Source of the DNA: Podarcis liolepis
Lineage: Eukaryota
Length of the DNA stretch: 64,000 nt
Direction: 5' to 3' (one strand)
Assembly: GCA_965112155.1 (NCBI GenBank)
Contig: OZ218107.1
Of the stretch, positions 48,531 through 59,420 are shown piece after piece. The translations under genes and the position numbers were made by a program. The notes beneath the pieces were generated by a model. That model was not told the DNA's origin. It saw nothing but the letters and a program-made list of their open reading frames with translations, and searched no databases. The first letter of the stretch is position 1. The number at the start of each line of letters is the position of its first letter.

Positions 48531-50249
48531 TATTATGCTCTCTTCCATACTATTTGTCAGCCTAAAGCACATTTTGCTGGAATGGTACTGTTAGATATAA
48601 TTATTCTTTGATATTTATCTATTTATTGACTAGTGCAGAAATTATAAACTTTTCTGCGTTGAATGGTAGTAAAAAATAGAATATAAAAGTAATACAAATA
48701 ATAAAACAGTGCTTTAAAAAAGAATCCAAAAGGAATTAAAAGTTGCAGAAATAAAGCAGACTAATTTGGGAAGGTTTGGGAGAAAAGAACTGTTGTCAAC
48801 AAATGTCCAAAACATAATGTTGTGGGTTTGCTTCACTTCTAGGGCAAGGTAATTCTAGAGAGCTGGTGTCACAACACTAGAAGCCTGTGCTTGAGTCACA
48901 GCATGCTTTGTCACTGGGGCACGCAGCACCATTATTTGGTGGTTATGGCTGGGTTATTTGAAAAGCCTTGCCGTATCATTTGATTTGGATACTGGCTATG
49001 CTGTAAATAAATTGTGCTTCTGTTTCTGTTTATGGCACACACAACAGTTATCTTAGCTTCCTTCTACTGATATCATTTTTTTAACAAAACAACACCAACT
49101 TGGTATGCTGACAATATTCAAACTTTAGCCCTGTTTTTTAGTTAGGGCTGATTTAGTCATAAAGTATGAATTCTGTTCCTTTGTTGAATGAAAAAGGGAG
49201 ATAATTTTGGCTTCAACACTTGCATGCATACATTTAGTTTTTGTGAGTACTCATGCATATAGTATTGAAATTTGCTTTCCATGGGTGATCTTGAAGTTAA
49301 AATGCACAAAATGGTTTGGTTTTTTTGGAAAGTAAAATATCAGGTGTAATGAGGTCAAGTTAAATGCAAAAGAAACCAGCGCCATTAAATGTTTCCCACT
49401 CCCTTTTGCACAACTGTGGTTGCAATCTGTTTACTCAGAAGTAAGTCACATTGAACAAAGCCAATGACACTTCTGACTAAATGTGGCCAAGGCCAGGCTG
49501 CACATTGCTGGTCAGCACCAGCAAGTCTCACTTTATAATGTCAGCCTGTTCTACTTACTGAGATTTGCACATGACTCAGGTTAGTATGATTAGGACAGAA
49601 GCAGCTACAGCATTAGTTTGAAAGACAAAATCTGAGCAGCTTGTTCAGTTTAATAAGCCACTTTAAACCTTCCTTCCAACTTCCCACACGAGCATCTGTA
49701 GTGTACGTTAAAGAGACTGTAGTGGGAGGAGACTGAGACCAGGCACAGGAAATCCATTTTATTATGTTCTCTCTACAAAATAGTCTGCTTGTTTTGGGTA
49801 ACTGTGAGCTCAAGAACTTTGAATGTTAAATCTGTCAGATCCAATGGAAGATTTTAGGACTGTGGTCTTACACACATTTCCAGGGAACAGGCCATGATGC
49901 TGAGTACCAAGATGTCAGCTGCCTGCTACTGAATAGTTGCTAGTTATGCATAATAAATATCACTCAATTCTTGTGACTCCTTGGCAAAATGTTGGTCAAA
50001 AGGGTCTCTCTTCCAGCTTCTGCTTAGCTGGTTTTTGACTGTATGATCTACTACAGAAAGAGTTAGACCGAAATCGTCTTGTCATCTGAAAAAGAAAAAG
50101 AAAAGTTTTCCCCCTTGGTGAGAAGGTGTACATAAGAGCAACCTGTCCTGGAACTTGAAAATGAGAGTGGTTGCAGACTGGCTGGCAGTGCCTCTTCGGT
50201 TGGAAAAGCTAGAAACACAAGCAGGTTATGTGCTGACAGTTGTATGTAG

Positions 50250-50748
50250 TGTTGCATGCCACTCCAATCTCCAAGTGGTGAGAGATTCCAGGGGTTCCAG
50301 GCACTTACCTAGGGTTCATTTTTCTTGGAATGAGGAACAGCGAAGACTGTGGTGTCTTTATGATATACGGTTTATTCACACATATCTACAACCTGAGCCT
50401 AAGATGGAGGAGCTCACAGCATTGGCACTCCAAGAGGGCCTTGCTTCTCCCACAGCCACAACCTTGGATTCCAGCAGAAATCAAGCACGGCTCTCATTTT
50501 CTGGCTTCTGTGTGCATCTAGCTCAGCTGCCACACAACTCAGATCAGGCTATTGTCTTTCTCACCACCAGCCAGGTACACCTACCCATTTTCTCTCTGGC
50601 ACAGAGCAGCTTCCTTTGTTATACAAAGGACTGTACTTAGGTGGAAATGAGTACCCATGCCTGGCTAATTCAATGATGGAATCTTCCATGAGATTTTAGC
50701 CCAGGATCCAAGCATCATGCGGCCTACCTTCCCCCAACTCACATCACA
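50250..50748 (-). mobile_element. Solo LTR, same family as 39226 and 40646, reverse orientation
   Basis: tgttgcatgccactccaatctc...ggtttattcacacat...ctgagcctaagatggag...ccttggattccagcagaaatca is the reverse complement of the other copies; far end approximate. Confidence 0.75.
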
Positions 50749-50754
50749 TAAAGC

Positions 50755-50915
50755 CTTGCTGATAGCTCAGCTGGTTAGAGTGTGGTGCTGATAACACAAA
50801 GTTTGCAGGTTCAATCCCAATATGGGGCAGCTATATATTCATTCCTGTATTACAGGGGGTTGGACTAGATGATCCTCAGGGTCCCTTCCAACTCTACAAT
50901 GCTATGATTCTATGA
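50755..50915 (+). mobile_element. tRNA-Ile-derived SINE with CR1-type 3' tail
   Basis: tagctcagctggttagagtgtggtgctgataac...caggttcaatccc follows tRNA-Ile; tail gggttggactagatgatcctcagggtcccttccaactctacaatgctatgattctatga is a CR1 3' end (cf. 41383). Confidence 0.85.
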
Positions 50916-51020
50916 TATGGTTCCTAAGATTTGATTTTTCTTTTATCGTTAAAATGAATTCCAGCAGACAAGTTCTGATAACTGGTAGGAAGGGAAATGA
51001 GTGTTTTTGTAATACTGTAA

Positions 51021-51940
51021 TACAGACCCAAAAAAGAAAATAACAGAACACCTCTAGTCATCACATACAGCTCCCAAGTTAAAACAGTACAACGCATCAT
51101 CAGAGATCTACAACCTCTCCTGGACAATGACAGTTCTCTTTCTCAAGCTCTGGGAGGAAGACCTTTCATTGCCTACAGACAGCCACCCAACCTTAAACAA
51201 CTCCTAACCCACAATAATACTACAACCAGACTTAACACGGACACTGGCACCAGAGCCTTCAATAAACCCAGATGCCAACTTTGCTGCCACATACACCCGG
51301 ACAACACCATTACTGGCCCCAACAACATCACACATACCATCTCGGGACTATTTAATTGCTCATCGTCTAACATTGTGTATGCCATCAAATGCCAACAGTG
51401 TCCTTCAGCTCTCTATATTGGAGAAACAGGCCAAACCTTACGCCAAAGAATAAACGGACATAAATCTGACATCAAGAATCACAAAACAGAGAAACCAGTA
51501 GGAGAACACTTCAATCTCCCAGGACATTTTATACAAGATCTCAAAGTAGCTGTTTTACTACAAAGGAATTTCAGAAATAGACTGGAAAGAGAAGCTGCTG
51601 AATTGCAACTCATTACCAAACTTAAAACCATGGAGAGACCTGGTCTGAACAAAGACATTGGATTCTTATCTCATTATACATGACTAAGCCATTTTTCACC
51701 TTCTCACCCCTTGCCTTTTCCTGTAAGACCTATTGCAGTCGTTAAGAGTCGTCAACAGGCTCATCTCAGCTATCTGCCAATCTCCCATTCCCACCACCCT
51801 TATGAGTAATACCCCTCCCCCCTCTCACTATATAGAAGGATCTGGCAACTTCTGTTTCAGTGTATCTGAAGAAGTGTGCATGCACATGAAAGCTCATACC
51901 AAGAACTAACTTAGTTGGTCTTTAAGGTGCTACTGGAAGG
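51021..51940 (+). mobile_element. Penelope-like retroelement 3' part: linker plus GIY-YIG endonuclease frame (51021-51683) and terminal repeat
   Basis: Stop-free frame from 51021: RTPLVITYS...AYRQPPNLKQLL...KPRCQLCCHI...FNCSSSNIVYAIKCQQCPSALYIGETGQTLRQRINGHKSDI...VGEHFNLPGH...REAAELQLI...GLN. The Cys-rich linker suggests the Neptune group. Runs into the gap. Confidence 0.92.
51862..51899 (+). ncRNA. Minimal type I hammerhead ribozyme motif in the Penelope terminal repeat
   Basis: gtat-CTGAAGA-a-gtgtgcatgcacat-GAAA-gc-TC-atac: stem I gtat/atac, core CUGANGA and GAAA, palindromic stem II, palindromic AGCT stem III, UC cleavage site. Confidence 0.75.
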
Positions 51941-52070
51941 NNNNNNNNNNNNNNNNNNNNNNNNNNNNNNNNNNNNNNNNNNNNNNNNNNNNNNNNNNNN
52001 NNNNNNNNNNNNNNNNNNNNNNNNNNNNNNNNNNNNNNNNNNNNNNNNNNNNNNNNNNNNNNNNNNNNNN
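51941..52070. other. Assembly gap (130 N)
   Basis: Run of n. Confidence 1.
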
Positions 52071-52512
52071 NATGTAATTTACATAATAACTGGACACTAC
52101 ACTTTCACCAGGTCTCATGGAGAATGTGCACATTCTTTCCATGAAGAGGGAATTGTGCACAAGTGGCATTATTCAGGGGATGCACACACAATCAGTCATT
52201 GGTGGCGTGTCCTGACAATGGCTGGTAGCAATTAAAGAATGTAATGATGCACTGAGAGCCCTCAATAGCTGCTTTGGAATGGACTTTGTTGCTACTGTTG
52301 TCATAGTAACAAAACTGAATATCTAAATCGGGACTCAAATTCCACAATGTTCTTCTCTCCTTCTTTCTACCACTCCAAACTGGCAAAAGGCTGAACAAAA
52401 TTTAGGGGATTTGAGGATGAGTGGCATAGCGTGACAAATTTGTGGGCATATCAGGTAAAGTATGAGAATGGGAATGAGGAAATCATAGTGGGGAGTGTGG
52501 TTGTCACTTTAT

Positions 52513-52813
52513 AAAGAAGAAGAAGAAGAAGAAGAAGAAGAAGAAGAAGAGGAGGAGGAGGAGGAGGAGGAGGAGGAGTTTGGATTTGATATCCCGCCTT
52601 TCACTCCCCTTCAGGAGTCTCAAAGCGGCTAACATTCTCCTTTCCATTCCTCCCCCACAACAAACACTCTGTGAGGTGAGTGGGGCTGAGAGACTTCAAA
52701 GAAGTGTGACTGGCCCAGGGTCACCCAGCAGCTGCATGTGGAGGAGCGGAGACGCGAACCCGGTTCCCCAGATTACGCGACTACCGCTCTTAACCACTAC
52801 ACCGCACTGGCTC
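52513..52813 (-). mobile_element. Young tRNA-derived CORE/MIR-like SINE (Squam2-type) with (CCT)n(CTT)n tail
   Basis: Near-identical to 30281-30533; (GAA)n(GGA)n at 52513-52578. Confidence 0.87.
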
Positions 52814-54275
52814 CTACAGTTTACTCACCTTTCATTCCGTAATGGTGGGCAGACCACATAGCTGCCCACAAGCTGTGGAAATCTCTTTCTGGCAGGGAAG
52901 TTGGGTAACTCCAGCAATCATTAGCACTGTGACAGTCCCATCTCCTAACTTCCAAAAGGCAATAAACGCACCTTACCTGGCTGTGTACTGCTGGTCAGAG
53001 TCACCTATCAGTCAGAACCCACCTGGGTCAGGAGCCCTTAAAAATGGAATGTTGCCAGCCATCAGACTTCTGCAATTTCTTCTCACAATTTTATTAGTCA
53101 GGCTCAGAGCCTATGTTCTCCTCTACATATATCTTGAAATATTGTTTTCATTTACTGCTTCGAATAACAAACATAGGATTGTAACCAGTAGTAGGATTAT
53201 AATCACTGAGAAATAAGGTGTGCTTACTCAAGGGAACCCCAAGTTTTTCAGAAGTAAAAAAATCAAAATCAAATAAAAACCATAGCAGCCCAATGAAGAC
53301 TGAGCATGCTCAGTAGCCACAAAATATAGAATGACAGCTTAGTTCAGTTCAAATAAAACTTTTATTGCTTGAGGTCAAATGCCAATGCAAAAATTAGAAG
53401 AGGCTCAAAGGGTAAAACAAATCATGTTTGCAAATAAAACTCCTGAAAACAGTATGTATATAAAACACAGTAAATAAAAACCAGAGTAGAGGATAAACAA
53501 GCAATAAAACAGGGGCTAAAAAGCAGTAAAATGAATAATAGAATTATCAAATCAGGGTATTGCCATTACAATTTATAGTCATCTCTAGCGTCACTTTTGC
53601 ACAGATCCCTGCAGCAGCCAGTGAAAAAGGGACACCCTGTAAAACAGCCGTGTGGAATCTCCAGCTTGTTATTTGGCCAGTCCTCCCTATTTGTCTAGTG
53701 AGGTCAGCCAAACCACACCCACTTGCCCTACACCTGACATCAGGTGTGGAGCAGGAAAATATGGGGTTTGGAGGAAAGTGGTTTTGCAGTCATTTTCGAT
53801 CAGCTGATTGCCAATTCTTGCAAAAGCTCTTACGCAGCACTTCCCAAGTTGCCAACAATCAGCTGATAAATAGGATATAAAACGTTATGAGAAGAAATTT
53901 AGGAAGAAGAAATTTATGAAGAGTGTTTATAAATGCATATAAATTATAGATGCATCTTTATACATAAAATGGACGTGACCAAGTTATAGTCAATGTAATT
54001 TTAATTTATGATAATGTAAGAAGATTTCTGGGTTTGGTGGACCTGCAAGATCCTTTGGGCCTTCAAGTACCTGGCTGCTCTTAATTGGCTGCTACTGGCC
54101 AAAGTGATAAAGAAAGGAAGATGCTTCATGAATCAGTATTCCAATCTCTTCAAATCAGCTTGGTGGTTTCCCCATCAATGGATATTTTTTTACTTGGAGT
54201 AGTAAGTTGATAGCTATCTATCATCTGAGCAGCTTGCTTCAGTGAAATCCTGAACTTATTTACTTTTGCAGAACC

Positions 54276-54649
54276 TGTCCCATTAAACTTTAATTAGTTT
54301 AATGCTAATCAAATGTCCAGTGCGCTTCCGATGCCACAATGTCCCATTACAGCAGAGCATTTCGCACAGCGGCTCAAGAAGGGCTGGAGAGTCAGCATCT
54401 TTTCAATAAAGGAATCTTGGAGCAAGCGGTTTGGAACTCAAATAAAAGGTTTATTTACACAAAAAACAAAAAACCCTGGTGAAGAATCACACATTTCAGC
54501 AAACACGCTCCAAAAGAAAGGGGAAGGGGGCAAACACACGAGTGAGCTGACTATTTATACAAACTCACATTCCTGGAAGCTTAACGACCTCCAGCTGCTC
54601 AGTGATTAGAGCGTCTTGATTAGAGCTTCTTAACCCTTTAATACCAACA
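54276..54649 (-). mobile_element. Probable solo LTR (374 bp)
   Basis: TG...CA termini flanked by gaacc (54271-54275, 54650-54654); minus-strand TATAAAT (~54553-54559) upstream of AATAAA (~54450-54455). Confidence 0.65.
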
Positions 54650-54997
54650 GAACCTACCGTCCATTTCATATCTTTTTTGCTGAAGAAAGGAATCTTACTT
54701 TATTTGAGTATTCAAGGCTATGATTAGATCTCTGCTTCTGAGCCCTAGCAGTAGATTCAGGTTAAAGCCCCAAACAGAAGTTGAGCAAGGGCATTTTGTA
54801 CTTTCTAAGAGGTCTGACCGGGACTTTATTAGTGGGATGAAACTTTAGTTAAGAGAAGATACTGAACTGAAATTGTCTATTGGAGACACTCTTGAAGAGA
54901 ATCTAATTGAGTCTCCAAGGATAGTGCCCTTTCTACCTTAGAGCAGTTAGCTATCATGGTAAGATTGGACTTGTTAAGAAACAGACTTCTAAAAATA

Positions 54998-55234
54998 CAG
55001 TGGTACCTCTGGTTAAGAACTTAATTCGTTCCGGAGGTCCGTTCTTAACCTGAAACTGTTCTTAACCTGAGGTACCACTTTAGCTAATGGGGCCTCCCAC
55101 TGCCACCGCACCGCCACCATGCGATTTCTGTTCTCATCCTGAAATAAAGTTCTTAACCCAAGGTACTACTTCCGGGTTAGTGGAGTCTGTAACCTGAAGC
55201 ATTTGTAACCCGAAGCGTTTGTAACCCAAGGTAC
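54998..55234. mobile_element. Tc1/mariner-superfamily (pogo/Tigger-like) MITE, right TIR truncated
   Basis: TA|cagtggtacctctggttaag...; homologous to 35931-36171; ends at ggtac, lacking the final cactg|TA. Confidence 0.88.
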
Positions 55235-57379
55235 GAGAGGTAAAGAGAGAAAAAGACCACTTACCGTTTTTGATGGCAGTGGCAATTGTGACGCTGTCAA
55301 TTGCCCTTAACTGGTTGTGGGGGTTGATGGGATTTCCTACCAAAATTTGAATTGGCCAATCATGGCCTTTCTGAGAGGTGAGGCTCTAGGGATGGACCAG
55401 GTGAAGCTAATCTTTACTCAGATCCACCTTCACAGCATATAAACTGGCTGTGCTGGGAGCAAGTAGTGCAGTTGGCACTGGACGTCTCACTTGCTTTTGC
55501 TGTATGTTGTGGCTCTGCCCAAAATTGTGTGTGTATGGCCTTGAAGTGGAATTAATTGGTGGCTGTATTCAGGGCCAGGGAGGAATTTGCCTGCAGACAA
55601 ATTGGCCCTGTCTGGGGGTTATGCCTTCCCCATAGCAACTTTCACAACTTTTGGCGGAAAAAATACATTGTTATTATCCAGGTTCAAATTTCAGGGTACC
55701 TTGGTAAAGGGGTCCAGGGGAAGGTTTCTGTCTGAAGGCCCAGACAGAGACTAATGGTCCACAAAACTCCCCAAATTGCAACCTGGCGGGATTGTTCTAC
55801 TTAATTTGCCTCATGGGGGGGGGGGATCCTTAACCCAGGATTGCGCCTGATGAAGTAATCAGCCAGCAGTTGGGCTATTTGATTCAGGATACATAACCAA
55901 TATCTATGCCAAAGTCTACTGACATCTGTAGTCAATAAAGTTGTGGTCATTTCGATCCCAAGCTGTTATCATGTCATTTTTTGTTTCTTTCATGCCTCCC
56001 ATTCCCTTCATGCCCTAGTAGCCTCAGGCTCACAGTACCTGGGCCCACAAATCCACTTTCTCGTCCCTTGGTAACTTCAAGAATTATTCTAAGGATGATG
56101 TACTAATGTATCATTCGTGGAAGGTTTTAGCCTACTGAGCTAAAACCTTCAGGGGGAGAAGTTGGATTCCGGCAAAAACGTTCCCTGCAAATAATATAAT
56201 AGAAAGTAATTAATGAGCAACCCCTTAGTATTAGAAGAAGAATGGACATCCAGGTTTTCTGGAGACACACAAAAGATTTAGCAAATTTAAGAAAGGCTTC
56301 TAGTAAATTTCCCTGATTCCTTTCCAGTCTTTACTGTCTCATAATGGAAGTGTATTTGAAAAGGCTAATGGGTACCAAGATGAAATGATTGCTTTCTGCT
56401 GGTGTTTATAAAGTTTCTCTGCTGGAACCTTACAGGCTAGAATAACAAATTTTGTGATTTGGATTGTATTACTTTTTTCTCTTTTTTGGCCAAAATTTAA
56501 TATTCTCTGCTTACTAGAAACACAGACCCTCATGCATTACAGGGGCATTGTTAACCTGCAATTCCTGTGGTTAAAACTCATTTGAAAGTTGTAGAAGAAG
56601 AAAAATGGAACCTGGCGGGGGAGCGGGGAAAAGTGGAATGATTTGCTTGGGTGGAAGGTCTGTTTGGAACCATGAAGAGGAACCCTCTTTTTAAGGAGGA
56701 AGGATGCATTGCAACATTTTGGTGCAGGTTCCACCTCGGTCACCCATTTCCCACTGAATCAACCGTATCAACCTTTGGTATATGAAGGTGTCTTTTGTTT
56801 TTATATAGTCTTATAATAATATTGCCTTAGATAAGTGCAATACAGTCTAAGAGGCTTCAGTTATCCCAGAATGAGGCAACAAGGATGTTAGTGGGCAGTT
56901 GCCCATGGGATCATGTCACATCTACCCATTTCACTGGTTCTCAGTATGCTTCAGGGCACAATTCACCTGTGACTCTACTAGCCTGTGTGGTCTTTCTGGC
57001 TAGTGGAGGCACGTCTTGCTATCCCCTGGGTACATGCTTTTGCTTTGTGGAAGTGTGAGATAGAACCTTCTCAACAGCTGCAGTCTGGTTGGGGAACCCT
57101 CTTTCCCCAGAGGCATGAATGGCTACTTCTTCTGTGAGCGTCTTTCTCTAGCTCAAACCATATGTTCACCTGGACTTATGGTGACCTGTTTACAGGAGTG
57201 CTTGCTGCGCTTTCATAGTATGACTGTTCAGGGAATCTATTATAAATTAACTTGTGTTTTACAGTTTAAAATATTTATCAGTACTTTGATTTTTTTTATT
57301 GAGTATTTTTGCAACCTGCTTTGTGAGCACACATTGGTAAAAAGCAGTATAGAAATATTGGTAATAAAAAAATTAACAC

Positions 57380-57600
57380 ATTCAAAGTCTTGGCAATGAC
57401 CTGTAAAGCCCTACATGGCTTTCGTCCAGGGTACCTATGAGGTTCCTCCCCCTATACCAACCTGCCCTCCTGCTAAGATCTGGTGACCCACCTGTGGTGG
57501 GGGCATAATTGGTTGGGGCAAGAGAAAGGGCCTTCTCAATGGACACACCTAGATTATGGGATATCTTGTTCCACAAGGTTTGCTTGCCCCACCCCTTGCC
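57380..57600 (+). mobile_element. Degenerate L2 fragment
   Basis: FKVLAMTCKALHGFRPGYL and agggccttctcaatgg, matching the L2 C-terminal motifs at 48150-48330. Confidence 0.55.
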
Positions 57601-59143
57601 ATTTTCTGCCAATTAGTGAAAATGTTTTTCTCTTCATTTATACCATAACTACAACTAGTCTGATTTGAGATTTCCCCTTAGTGTTTCACAGGGCTTTGGT
57701 GTAGTGTTTTAATAAGCATTTTTTACCTGCCTTGTCACTCCTGTATCTTTGCAAAACCTGATGCTTAAAGTTTCTTTTCCAGTTCTGGCTGCTTGATCCC
57801 TCACCAGTGCCTTCTCAATGTCTATTGTTTTAGCTTGCCACCTGGTTCTACCTCTTTGGCTGCCTGGGTCTACCTGTAGCTGTTTGTCCATTGTGCCAAA
57901 ATCTGCAGTGTTGGCTTGATGCCTTGCTACTTTCTGCCATACCTAATAGTTCAGATAGGAGTTATTCTATGTATATACTGCCCAGTTTAATTGCTTATAA
58001 AGTAAGAACCGTATTTCCTATACACTGAAATTTGGCAGGTCAGATCCATTTGATGGGGGACTGAAAAGATTGTGCCAGTTGAATAGAAAACACAAAACTT
58101 TATAGGCAGCAGAAGAGCAGCTGGGTCTCCCATCAAACTGAGAATGAAATATGAGTAAGAATGAAAATGGTTGAAATTTATGATGAAATTAATTTTATTC
58201 TAAAGAATGAAAAACAAAATCATTGAAGATTTTAAGAATGGAAATTAATGGAATAATGAACCCCCCCCCCTTACACATCTCCTAATTCAGTGCCCTAATG
58301 TTATTAGGGGCATCATAAAGAAGAGTAAAGCACCAACCAACTTATTCTTTGCAAGTATAGCATCACATTCTGCACAAAGCAAGCAGAGATTATGAACACT
58401 GTGGGGGGGTTTTGTGGGGGAAGGGGCCTTATGTATGAACATATTGAGGAGCATAATCCCAGGGTCCAGACTGGAACTTTAAAAACTTTCCTTAATCAAA
58501 GCTGCTGTATATGATAACTTGATTTGCCCACTTGAACCCCATTGAGAAGGGAGCGTCTTGTACTTATTTCTCTTCTCATAAGAACAGTTTCTTTTGACCC
58601 TTTCCAAAGCAAATTACACTGTTTATTTGGATCCTGCTGTGGGAGGTAATGAACTGCCTTTTTTTCTGCCCAGTGAGTCAGTCCAGAAGAATGTTTGAAT
58701 AAGCCACATCTGTATTTTCCGTTTTATATTTCTAACAAATCCCTTTTCCCTTAGGGGTATGGTAGGACTTTGACACCTGTTTAGCTCATTGATTACTAAA
58801 GAAGGATGCAATTAGATTCAATCTCACTCTCCTGCGCTCTCTTTCTTATCTTCTTCTATGCCAGAGACCTATGGTTATTTGTAAGAACCATGGACCATTT
58901 CACCTCTCCCCAGTTTTCTGGTCCCACTCTCCAAAGGACAGCAAGCTTCCCACTGGCACTGAACATGCTCAGCCCTCAGTGGGTTGATTTTGGGGTCCTC
59001 TCATAGGGTTCCACCCATACATATATATTTCTTAACTGTGCAAACTTTAGAGTTGCCCCAAGCCTACTCATATATCCTTCTTGTGTGGATGGTACCATTT
59101 TGCCTACACAGGGAGAGATTCCTACTCAGTTTGCTATTAAAGT

Positions 59144-59420
59144 AAGAACATAAGAGCATAAGAAGACCCTGCTGGATTAGGCCAATGGTCTGTCTCGCCC
59201 AGCGGCCTGTTCTCATTGTGGCCAACCAGGTGCCCATAGGAAACCCATAAGCAGGATATGAGTGCAGCAGCACTCTGCCCACCTGTGATTCCCAGCTACT
59301 ACCATTTCTGACAGTGGAGGCAGAACATAGCTATCATGACTAGTAGCCCTCAACAGCCTTGTTTTTCATGAATTTTAAAGCCATCTGAGTTGTCTCCTGT
59401 GGGAGTGAGTTCCACAGTTA
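59144..59420 (-). mobile_element. CR1-type LINE 3' end ((TTCTTATG)n terminus)
   Basis: agaacataagagcataagaagaccctgctggattaggccaatgg...gtggccaaccag...gggagtgagttccacagtt. Confidence 0.7.

Noticed and set aside
50755-50830. Functional tRNA-Ile gene
   Set aside because: Acceptor and T stems are degenerate and the sequence continues into a CR1-derived SINE tail.
51375-51683. Stand-alone GIY-YIG nuclease or defence-type gene
   Set aside because: Embedded in a Penelope-like retroelement, with upstream linker and downstream terminal repeat; there is no prokaryotic context.
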